Below the pieces are notes generated by a model. That model had not been told where the DNA came from. It saw only the letters and a program-made list of their open reading frames with translations, and ran no database searches. Below are positions 22,520 to 30,870 of a stretch of DNA of 64,000 bases, piece after piece. Within the stretch, counting starts at the first letter, position 1. Every line of letters begins with the position of its first letter. Source of the DNA: Thermoanaerobaculia bacterium (lineage in GTDB: Bacteria > Acidobacteriota > Thermoanaerobaculia > UBA5066); contig CAVRAY010000001.1 of NCBI GenBank assembly GCA_963719225.1, forward strand, positions 3,456,001-3,520,000, given 5' to 3'. The position numbers were made by a program, and so were the translations under genes.

Positions 22520-24541
22520 GTGACGACCCTCGGCCCGCGGAAGGGTTCACTCGCCTCCGCTCTCCTCGCCGCGGTCGCGGGAATCGTTCCAGCCTTAGCC
22601 GAAGCGGGGCCACGTGTCCCTCCGGTCGCTTCGTACACGATCGAGGCACAGGTGAAGGCCGACCACGGCATCACCGGGCGGGAGACGGTGCGCTTCACGA
22701 ATCGCACCCGGTTCTCGTTCGAGGATCTCCGCCTTCACCTCTACCTGAATGCCTGGAAGAACAACCGCTCTACGTGGCTCACCGAGCAGGCGCGCGGCGG
22801 CGGCAGGAACGACCGCGGAGTGCTGACGCCCGAGGCGAGCCGCTGGGGCTTTACCGAGATCCACCGGATCGCCCTCGAGGACGGCACCGACCTCACGCCG
22901 TCGCTGCAATACCTCTCGCCGGACGACGGGAATCCCGAGGACCGGACTCTCGTCTCGGTCGCGCTGCCGCGGCCCGTGGCGCCCGGCGAGACGCTCGTCT
23001 TTCGCGTGGACTGGGAGGGCCGGTTTCCGCGTGCGGTGGCGCGCACGGGCTGGAAGGACGACTACATCCTCGGCGCCCAGTGGTTTCCGAAGCTGGGTGT
23101 CGCGACCGACACGGGATGGAACGCGCACCAGTTCCACGCCGCGACCGAGTTCTTCGCCGACTTCGGCGACTACGACGTGACGCTCACGCTCCCGAAGGCC
23201 GTCAAGGGCCGCGTCGGCGCGACGGGCGTCTTCAAGGAAGAGGCCGAGATCCCCGGCGACCTCGTGCGTGTGCGCTTTCTGGCCGAGGACGTGCACGACT
23301 TCGCCTTCACGGCCTGCCCGCGCTTCGAGGTCGTGCGGGACACTTTCAGCGCGCCCGGCCTCCCGAACGTCGAGATCGTCCTGCTCCTGCAGCCCGACCA
23401 CCGCCGCGTCCGCGACCGGTATCTCAAGGCCGTCAAGGCCGCTCTCGCGGACTACGGGACGCGGTACGTCCCGTACCCCTACCCGCTCGTCACGGTCGTC
23501 GACCCGCCCTGGGGCAGCCACACGGAAGGCATGGAGTACCCGACCCTGTTCGTGGGCGGCGCGCACTGGCTCGCACCGGCCGCCGCGCATTCCCCCGAAG
23601 GTGTCACGATTCACGAGTTCGGCCACCAGGTGTTCTACGGAGTGCTCGCCTCGAACGAGTTCGAGGAAGCGCACCTCGACGAGGGTTTCAACACCTATGC
23701 GACGCTCCGGACGCACAAGGCCGCTTTCGGCGATCCGTCTCTCGTCGTGCGGTTCTTCGGCGTTCCTGTCGTGTTCCCTTCCGTGCCCCTGCCCCTCCCC
23801 ATGGCATTCAACGAGCGCTTCCACCGCTGGACGCAGGCCTCGCGGTCGGATGCGACGGACGTGCCGACCTTCCGCCAGCTCGACGGCAACGCCGTGCGCG
23901 TGAACGCTTACAACCGCACGGCTCTCCTCCTCGCCTCCGCCGAGCGCACCTTCGGCGAGAAGACGTGGGCGAAGGTCATGAAGACGTACGCGACGCGCTG
24001 GGCCTTCAAGCACCCCACCTCGGCGGACTTCCTCGCCGTCGTCGGCGAGGTCGCGGGCGAGGCGGCGACCCGAGCGATCGCGGAGATCTGGAAGACGCCG
24101 GGATCCGTGGACTACGCCGTGACGTCGGCCTCGGCGCATCGCGTGCGACCTCCGGCGGGATACACGGGTGAAGGCGAAGCGCGCACGCTCGCGATTCCCC
24201 GAGAAGGCGCGGGAAGCTGGGAGTCGACGGCCGTCGTCCAACGGCTCGGCGAGGCATCGTGGCCGGTCGAGGTGGAGCTGCGCTTCGCGGATGGAACGCG
24301 GGTCCGCCGCCCGTGGATCGGCGACGAGCGCTGGATCCGCTACCGCGCGACGGGTCCGAAGCTCCTCTCGGTGGAGGTCGATCCGGACGGCAAGTGCCTT
24401 CTCGACTCGAACCCTCTCAACAACGGACGTCGCACGGAGGAAGCGCCCGCAGCGTCGCGCCGCTGGAGCGCCCGCCTGCGCTTCTGGGCGCAGAACGTCC
24501 TCGAGCTCTTCGCCCTGCTCGGCTTCGCGGGGGCCGTATGA
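22520..24541 (+). CDS. Secreted M1-family zinc aminopeptidase
   Basis: GMEYP, HEFGH..NEFEEAHLDEG (HEXXH-x18-E), QWFPK; N-terminal signal peptide; start uncertain. Confidence 0.88.
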   Translation: MTTLGPRKGSLASALLAAVAGIVPALAEAGPRVPPVASYTIEAQVKADHGITGRETVRFTNRTRFSFEDLRLHLYLNAWKNNRSTWLTEQARGGGRNDRGVLTPEASRWGFTEIHRIALEDGTDLTPSLQYLSPDDGNPEDRTLVSVALPRPVAPGETLVFRVDWEGRFPRAVARTGWKDDYILGAQWFPKLGVATDTGWNAHQFHAATEFFADFGDYDVTLTLPKAVKGRVGATGVFKEEAEIPGDLVRVRFLAEDVHDFAFTACPRFEVVRDTFSAPGLPNVEIVLLLQPDHRRVRDRYLKAVKAALADYGTRYVPYPYPLVTVVDPPWGSHTEGMEYPTLFVGGAHWLAPAAAHSPEGVTIHEFGHQVFYGVLASNEFEEAHLDEGFNTYATLRTHKAAFGDPSLVVRFFGVPVVFPSVPLPLPMAFNERFHRWTQASRSDATDVPTFRQLDGNAVRVNAYNRTALLLASAERTFGEKTWAKVMKTYATRWAFKHPTSADFLAVVGEVAGEAATRAIAEIWKTPGSVDYAVTSASAHRVRPPAGYTGEGEARTLAIPREGAGSWESTAVVQRLGEASWPVEVELRFADGTRVRRPWIGDERWIRYRATGPKLLSVEVDPDGKCLLDSNPLNNGRRTEEAPAASRRWSARLRFWAQNVLELFALLGFAGAV

Positions 24542-25584
24542 CGCGCGATTCCGTCCCCGTCCTCGCGATGCGAGGCCTCGTCTCGGCCCTCGAGACGTGG
24601 AAAGCGCTCCTCCTTTTCCTCGTCCTGAACGCGGCGCTCGCGTTCGCCTTCACGCATCCTCTGGCGTCCGCGCTCCGGCAAACGCTCGACAAGAGCCCGT
24701 GGGCCGAACGCCTCGCGGCGGGCAACGCCGACCTCCACACGTTCTTCACCTCTTTTGCCCGCACGCGCCCCGACGTTCTCGGCGATCTTTCGAAATGGGA
24801 AGAGGCCGTGACGGGAGAGCGCCAGGAGAGGAGGCCTTCGGGACGGCCGGCGCCCCTCGCGGGTTTCTTCGAGACGTCCGGGCTCTCGGCCTCGGCCGTC
24901 GGGTTCGGGGTGCTGACGGCTCTTCTCGCGGCCCTCTTCTCGGGCGGATTTGCCGGTCGCTTCGGCTCCGAGCGCGAGCGCGCGAGCTTCTCCGCGTTCG
25001 GCGCGGACGTCGCGCGTTTCGCGGTTCCGTCGCTGCTGCTGGGGGCGGTCTCTCTCGGGGGGATCGTCGCCGCGTACCGCTTCCTCTTCGCGGCCACGGG
25101 CACTCTCTACGAACCCGACGAGCTCCGTTACGAGTGGGAGGCCGTCGGGCTCCTCCTTCTGCGGCTCGGGCTCTTCCTCCTCGTGGCGGGATACATCCGG
25201 CTCGTCGTCCTCTACGCGCGCGCGGCACTGGGACAAGGCACGCCGAATCCGATGAACGCGCTCATGCGCGGCCTCGGCTTCGTCCTCGGGAGGCCCGCGC
25301 GCACGCTCGCGCTGGAGATCGTCTTCGGCGGCCTCGGTCTCCTGCCCCTCCTCGCCTGGCTGTTCCTCGGCCCCGTCTGGGACGGCAAGCAGGTTGGCGA
25401 CTTCGCCCTGATCCTCGCCGGCCAGCAGGTCGTCGTCCTGCTGAGGATCCTGACGCGCGCCGGGCACCTGGGCGCGGCTTCTTCCTATCTCAGACGCTCG
25501 AACGAAGCGGACGCTTCGTCCCCGGCGCCCGCCGTCCGGGGTTCCGGCACGTCGCCGGAGCCCGCCTCCGCGCCCGTCCTGTGA
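24538..25584 (+). CDS. Hypothetical multi-pass membrane protein
   Basis: ATGA overlap with the M1 peptidase; several hydrophobic helices. Confidence 0.7.
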   Translation: MTRDSVPVLAMRGLVSALETWKALLLFLVLNAALAFAFTHPLASALRQTLDKSPWAERLAAGNADLHTFFTSFARTRPDVLGDLSKWEEAVTGERQERRPSGRPAPLAGFFETSGLSASAVGFGVLTALLAALFSGGFAGRFGSERERASFSAFGADVARFAVPSLLLGAVSLGGIVAAYRFLFAATGTLYEPDELRYEWEAVGLLLLRLGLFLLVAGYIRLVVLYARAALGQGTPNPMNALMRGLGFVLGRPARTLALEIVFGGLGLLPLLAWLFLGPVWDGKQVGDFALILAGQQVVVLLRILTRAGHLGAASSYLRRSNEADASSPAPAVRGSGTSPEPASAPVL

Positions 25585-26180
25585 ACGCGATCCGCCTGAG
25601 GTCCAAGACTCCCGAGTCGTGGGCGGCGCGCGTGACGGCCGTGGAGAACCTGCCCGCCTTCGTCGCGGACCACGCGGTCTGCGAGCTTCAGGCTTCGGTG
25701 CAGGCGCTCTCCCTCGTCGGCACGTACCCGCGGAACGCGGCGCTCGTCGACCGCCTCTCGGCGCTCGCGGCCGAAGAGCTGCGCCACTTCCGCAAGGTTT
25801 CGCGCGAAGCGCGCCGCCTGGGGGCGCCGATGCTCACGACGAGGCGCAATTTCTACGTGGCTGAGCTCCGCGCCGCGTGCCGCAGGGAACGCGAGCCCGA
25901 AAAGGGCCTCGACCTCCTGCTCGTCGCCGCGCTCATCGAGGCGCGCAGCCAGGAGAGGTTCGAGCGCCTTCTCGGGCAGTTGAAGGACGCGCGCCTCGCG
26001 CGGCTCTACGCGGAGCTCGCCGAGGCCGAGGCCCGGCACGGCCCGATCTATCTCGACCTCGCGATCGCCCATGCGGGGGAAGAGCCCGCGAAGAGCCGGC
26101 TCGAGGAGCTCCTCGACGTCGAGGCGCGTGTCCTCCTGCATCCGCCGAAGGTCGAGATCGCGGTCCACGGGGCGGCGTAG
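25581..26180 (+). CDS. miaE: tRNA-(ms2io6A37) hydroxylase, ferritin-like diiron
   Basis: DHAVCE, LAAEELRHF, LLVAALIEARSQERF, EARHG; GTGA overlap. Confidence 0.8.
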   Translation: MNAIRLRSKTPESWAARVTAVENLPAFVADHAVCELQASVQALSLVGTYPRNAALVDRLSALAAEELRHFRKVSREARRLGAPMLTTRRNFYVAELRAACRREREPEKGLDLLLVAALIEARSQERFERLLGQLKDARLARLYAELAEAEARHGPIYLDLAIAHAGEEPAKSRLEELLDVEARVLLHPPKVEIAVHGAA

Positions 26181-26183
26181 GGA

Positions 26184-26519
26184 ATGTTCCTTCGCCTGCT
26201 TCCGGCGGCTCTCTCCTTCCTCGTCCTGGGCGCGCACTTCCTGCGCGCGGGACATCTTGCGCTCGTCGCCACGGCCCTGGCGGCCATCGCGCTTCTCTTC
26301 GTGCGACGGGCGTGGGCGGCGCGGATCGTTCAAGTCGCTCTCGGCCTCGGAGTCCTCGAATGGCTGCGCACGCTCGCGCTCCTCGCCGGAGAGCGCCGCG
26401 CCCTAGGTGCGCCGTACCTGCGCATGACGCTGATCCTCGCGGGCGTCGCGCTCGCGACGGCCCTCTCCCTCCTCGCGTTCCGCTCGCGCGCCGTGAAGAA
26501 GCACTTCCGGCTCCTCTGA
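26184..26519 (+). CDS. Small membrane protein
   Basis: Four hydrophobic segments, LGAHFLRAG; 3 nt after miaE. Confidence 0.7.
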   Translation: MFLRLLPAALSFLVLGAHFLRAGHLALVATALAAIALLFVRRAWAARIVQVALGLGVLEWLRTLALLAGERRALGAPYLRMTLILAGVALATALSLLAFRSRAVKKHFRLL

Positions 26520-26528
26520 GAGAACGGC

Positions 26529-26699
26529 TCAGCCGAACAGTACGGCCGGCATCGAGAGAGAGCCGAGGTCGAAGCCCGTGATCGGGAAGCGCACCGCGTC
26601 GCCTTCGTCCGCGGCGCCGGCCGCGTAGAGGATCGGCAGCCAGCGCTCCGCCGTCGGGTGCGCCCGGCGGCCGCCGTGGCCGACGAAGAGAACCGGCAT
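26529..26699 (-). pseudogene. Internally deleted remnant of a DODA/YgiD-type extradiol dioxygenase (56 aa)
   Basis: MPVLFVGHG (family N-terminus) joined directly to RRAHPTAERWLPILYAAGA..FDLGSLSMPAVLFG (family C-terminus). Confidence 0.75.
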
Positions 26700-26718
26700 G
26701 CGCTTCAGAAGCGGTCTC

Positions 26719-27861
26719 CTATCGCGCGGCGCCGACGGCGCGCGGCGAGGCTTCTCGGCTCCAGCGCGAGGACGGGAATCCCGAGGAGAGAAGCCGTCCC
26801 TTCAGGGAATACCTCACGATGTACGTGAACGGGTCGATTTCCTTCGAGAGGTAGCCGAACCGCACGTCCCGAAGCAGGACCTCCACCGAGTCGCCCCGCA
26901 CCTCCTCCCGGGCGGCGGGGAACCGTGCGAAGCGGCCGAACACGCCCGCGACGCCGTTCTCGAGCGTCGTGCGCGCCAGCGGACCGTTCGACTTCTCGAT
27001 GACCCGCGGCGCGAGGTCGTCGGGTGAACGGTAAACGCCGGCGAGATTCCGGAAGAGGTTCAGGGCGCCTCCGCGGAATCCCGTGCGCGCGAGCTCCTCG
27101 ATTTCAGCAGGACGGGAGATCTCGCGCCCCCGCTTGCCGAGATCCACGAACGTCGCGGTCACGGTGGATCCGTCGTCGGAGAGAAGGAGCCAACGGTCTG
27201 GCGATCCCGGCTGGGGAATCGCCGCGCGAGCCGACGAAAGGGGCGCGCGCTCCCGGCCGAGACGCAATGCCTCCCCATGCCGGACTCCGCAGAAAAGGAC
27301 ATACGCGGTCGCCGCGACGAGTCCCGCGCGCGCCGCGATTCTCGACCGCGGGAACGAACGTCTCGAGACGGCGCGGACCCCGACGAGGCCGAGCACGAGA
27401 AGCCCGGACAGGACCGCGTCGAGGATGAAAGTCCAGTCCAGCGAAAAGCGCGCCGAAGAGATCGGCGAGAGGAACATCGTGCCCCACGACGTGATCCAGT
27501 CGAGAAGAATGTGCGACACGAGACCGAGCGCGACGACGAGCCCCAGGCGTCTCATCGCCATTCGCCGGCCGGGGGCGCCGGGCGGGCCGAGCGCCGGCGA
27601 GAGGCGGATCGAGGCGAGAAGCGTGAGGACGACGACCCACGCCGGCAGCGTCACGAACGAGTGCGTGAACTCGCGGTGATGCGTGATGTAGAACTCGGCG
27701 GAAAAAGGCGACAGGAAGACGTCGGCATCCGGGAACGTCGCCGCGGCGAAACCCACCCAGGCCTCGCGCCGCGCGAGCGTGCGGTCGAGCGCTTCGTCCC
27801 CCGTGGACGGCACGGCGCGTGCGAGGAGGGCGCCGGCGAGGCCATGGGTGAGGGTATCCAT
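26719..27861 (-). CDS. YdjM-like metal-dependent membrane hydrolase
   Basis: MDTLTH, PDAD, HREFTHS, SHILLD..TSWG motifs. Confidence 0.85.
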   Translation of the reverse strand: MDTLTHGLAGALLARAVPSTGDEALDRTLARREAWVGFAAATFPDADVFLSPFSAEFYITHHREFTHSFVTLPAWVVVLTLLASIRLSPALGPPGAPGRRMAMRRLGLVVALGLVSHILLDWITSWGTMFLSPISSARFSLDWTFILDAVLSGLLVLGLVGVRAVSRRSFPRSRIAARAGLVAATAYVLFCGVRHGEALRLGRERAPLSSARAAIPQPGSPDRWLLLSDDGSTVTATFVDLGKRGREISRPAEIEELARTGFRGGALNLFRNLAGVYRSPDDLAPRVIEKSNGPLARTTLENGVAGVFGRFARFPAAREEVRGDSVEVLLRDVRFGYLSKEIDPFTYIVRYSLKGRLLSSGFPSSRWSREASPRAVGAAR

Positions 27862-27909
27862 CCCCGGTAACTTTAACCCCGAAGCCTGGTTGAGCGCCGG
27901 GGAGAGGGA

Positions 27910-30852
27910 TCAGAACGAGACGCGCAGTCCTGCTCGGAAAGACCGTGGTGGAGAGCGCCACGTGACTTGTCCGTACGTTGGATTGTCTTGCTTCTGTTTC
28001 GGGTCGTAGATCGTGCCCGGGTACCCGGCTGGCGGTAAATCGGACCCCCAGACCTCGTCGACCGTGGTCGCGATCTGGTTGTTGAAGACGTTGTAGACGT
28101 ATGCCTGAAGTGTCGCGGTCACCGGCCCGAAGACGATCGGATATGCCAGCTGGAGGTTGGCCTCCCAAAGGGTCGGCAGGCGCCCCGCCGAGCCGCGCGG
28201 CTCGAGATAAATGGCCGGCCCGTAATTCCCGTTGAAGTACCCCAGCTTGTTGTACGGCGCTCCCGACTCGGCGAACGCCTGGACTCCGATCGAAAGCCGC
28301 CTCGGTGTCACCCAGTAGCCATCCAGCCGAAAGCGGTTCGGCCGGTCGAGAGCGAGCGTTCCGTAGGCGTTGTGCCACTTCGCGGGATAGGAGAACGCCC
28401 CGGTGATGCCCGGAGATGTCTCATTGTGGCCAGCCTCGTTGATGCCGCCGTCGAAGTTGCCGCGCAGCGAGGAATAGACATAGCTTGCCTGGAGCCAGAG
28501 CCGATCCCCGAGAGATTGCCGCGCGACGACCTCGATGCCACGGTACAGCCGCCGTGCTGGCGGCGAAGCGGGGCCCGTAGGCGAGCACTCGTTGTCGGGA
28601 GGGTCGAGGCCGTTGCAGGTTGGAACGGCTCCGCTTGCGAACTTCCCGTTCGACCCGGGGTTGATGACGGCGAGAGAGCTGTAATTGGTCAGAGGGCTCG
28701 TGTAGTCGAGGTCGCCTCGCACCGCGATGGCGTTGTTCAGACTCCTGTAAGTCCCCTTGACGCCAACCGTCAGTCCGGGTCCGAGCACACGTTCGATGCC
28801 TACGAGGAATTCGTTCTGGGAGAAGCCCTTGAGGCCGGCATCCACCGGCAAGCTGATGCCGCCCGTCGAAACACTGGCCCTCTCGTGGTGAAGCACGCTC
28901 GGGTCCTGAACGACGCTCACGGAGTCGAGGTTGTACGACGTGACCGTTGTGTAGCTGTTGAAGATACTGGTGGCGGCGGCCGTCGGCAGCGCGTAGGAGA
29001 AGCGTCCGGCAGACGCGTACACCTTCGTGGCGCCGTTCCGCCAGGGGTCCCATGCGACGCCGATCCGAGGCTGCCACTGGGTGTTGTCCTGAAAAACCGT
29101 CTGCCCGGCGTAATTGCGCGTGGTCTCGCCGTCCCAGCGGAGCCCCAGGTTGACTGTGAGGCCCGGGGCCGCCTTCCACGTATCCTGGAGGTAGGCGCCG
29201 TAGTCGAGCACCTCGGCGCCAATGTGAAGGCTCGGAATCGGGGTCGGGTCGGCTGTGCTCGCCGCGAAAAACTGGTGCACGTAGTAGGTCTGCCCCCACT
29301 CGTTGCGCACATTCACGGCCTGCTCGCCCGTCCTGGCGACTATCTGGTCCGACCGACCGTTCATGTAATCGCCGCCTACCTTGATCTCGTGCGGGCCGAT
29401 GTAAAACGTGGCGGCGGCGCTCACCTGCCCGCGAGAGGAGACGTTGTTGTCGCCTCCGGGGATGGGTCCGTAGCCGCCCGTGATGGAGTTTGGCCGCGAA
29501 TTGGGTGGGGCCTTACAGGGAGCGCCGGGCGTACCGCCGGCGCACGTAAAGTCCTGGTACCGGACCTCGTCGGCTGCCGTCAGGCTGCTGCGGTCCCGAT
29601 GATAGGAGCCCTGCAGGTTCGTCAGGACATCAGCCCCGAAGAGCCGGGTTCCCCGGACACCGTAATCGGCGCCCCCCTGCGACCGAGTGGAATCCCAGGT
29701 GGATGGCACGGGGCTCACGGGCGGAAAGACGAGCATGAAGGCAGCGTCCCGCCGAGGGTCCGCTCCCGAAAGGCCCGAAGTCGAGGATGGATCCGCGAAC
29801 ACGCTGCCGACGACCGAGGTCGAAGCTGTGGCGTTCCAGGTGAGCTTCAGCGAATACAGGTTGTCCACGGCGGCGAACGGGAACTGGTCGTCCTTCGAGA
29901 CAAACGCCGAGGACTCGAGCCTCGACACATGGCCGTCGAGTGACACGCGGTCGTAGGCGCCGAAAAACCACAGACGGTCCTTCAGGAGATACCCGCCGAG
30001 AGCCGCTCCATAGTCGAAGCGAGACCCGTCGTCGGTCTTCATCGCGACGAGTGTCGTGTCTACGACCCCGGTCCGCCGCCGCGCCGCGGTTTCCGAAGAG
30101 TCGTAGTAGACGAAGCCGTCGCCATGAAAATCGTTGCCGCCCGACTTCGTGACGGCGTTGATCACGCCCCCGAGGGCGCGGCCGTACTCGGCCTGGTAGC
30201 CGCCCGTCTTCACCTCGACCTCCTGGACGAACTCGTTGCTCAACGCCTTGCCTTGGGTCCCCTTGTTGACGCTGGTGGTGTTGACGCCGTCGATGATCCA
30301 CTGATTCTCGGCCGAGGTTGCCCCGTAGATCGTCAGAGGGAGCATGCGGCCGTCCGTATAGCCGCGGTCGGTCGAGACGCCGGGATTCGAACGTACGATT
30401 TCGGCATAGTTGCGGTCGACGGGGAGATGGCCGATGACCCCGCTCGTGTACTTCGTGCCGGTCGTCGTCGAGGTCACATCGATCGGCGGGGCCTCGCCGG
30501 AGACGATGACCTGCGTCTCCGCCTCGAGCCGCATCGTGAGATCCACGGTCATGGCGGAGCCGAGCGACACCGTGCACGCCTTGTCGGCCGGCCGAAAGCC
30601 GGACAGCCTTGCCAGAATGCGATAGGTACCCGGTGGAATCGCCGGGATTCGGTACAGGCCGTCGTGGCTGGTCACGCTGACGCGTGCTCCCTGGAGGCTC
30701 GGGCTCGTGGCCTCGACCGCGACACCGGGAACGGGCGCCCCCGAGGCGTCGGTCACGCGGCCGGAGATGTCGCCTGTCGTCTGAGCCACCGCGACCGCCC
30801 CCGGGAAGACGATGGCCGCGGCAACAACGAGGAAAAAGTACGTCCGTCCCAT
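27910..30852 (-). CDS. TonB-dependent receptor, Oar-like, with N-terminal carboxypeptidase-regulatory-like domain
   Basis: Signal peptide, GDISGRVTD..GVAVEATSP, plug (NQWIIDG..EVEVKTGGYQAEYGRALGGVIN), YLQDTW..NLGLRWD, terminal RVSF. Confidence 0.9.
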   Translation of the reverse strand: MGRTYFFLVVAAAIVFPGAVAVAQTTGDISGRVTDASGAPVPGVAVEATSPSLQGARVSVTSHDGLYRIPAIPPGTYRILARLSGFRPADKACTVSLGSAMTVDLTMRLEAETQVIVSGEAPPIDVTSTTTGTKYTSGVIGHLPVDRNYAEIVRSNPGVSTDRGYTDGRMLPLTIYGATSAENQWIIDGVNTTSVNKGTQGKALSNEFVQEVEVKTGGYQAEYGRALGGVINAVTKSGGNDFHGDGFVYYDSSETAARRRTGVVDTTLVAMKTDDGSRFDYGAALGGYLLKDRLWFFGAYDRVSLDGHVSRLESSAFVSKDDQFPFAAVDNLYSLKLTWNATASTSVVGSVFADPSSTSGLSGADPRRDAAFMLVFPPVSPVPSTWDSTRSQGGADYGVRGTRLFGADVLTNLQGSYHRDRSSLTAADEVRYQDFTCAGGTPGAPCKAPPNSRPNSITGGYGPIPGGDNNVSSRGQVSAAATFYIGPHEIKVGGDYMNGRSDQIVARTGEQAVNVRNEWGQTYYVHQFFAASTADPTPIPSLHIGAEVLDYGAYLQDTWKAAPGLTVNLGLRWDGETTRNYAGQTVFQDNTQWQPRIGVAWDPWRNGATKVYASAGRFSYALPTAAATSIFNSYTTVTSYNLDSVSVVQDPSVLHHERASVSTGGISLPVDAGLKGFSQNEFLVGIERVLGPGLTVGVKGTYRSLNNAIAVRGDLDYTSPLTNYSSLAVINPGSNGKFASGAVPTCNGLDPPDNECSPTGPASPPARRLYRGIEVVARQSLGDRLWLQASYVYSSLRGNFDGGINEAGHNETSPGITGAFSYPAKWHNAYGTLALDRPNRFRLDGYWVTPRRLSIGVQAFAESGAPYNKLGYFNGNYGPAIYLEPRGSAGRLPTLWEANLQLAYPIVFGPVTATLQAYVYNVFNNQIATTVDEVWGSDLPPAGYPGTIYDPKQKQDNPTYGQVTWRSPPRSFRAGLRVSF

Positions 30853-30870
30853 ACATTCCCTCCTGCCGAG

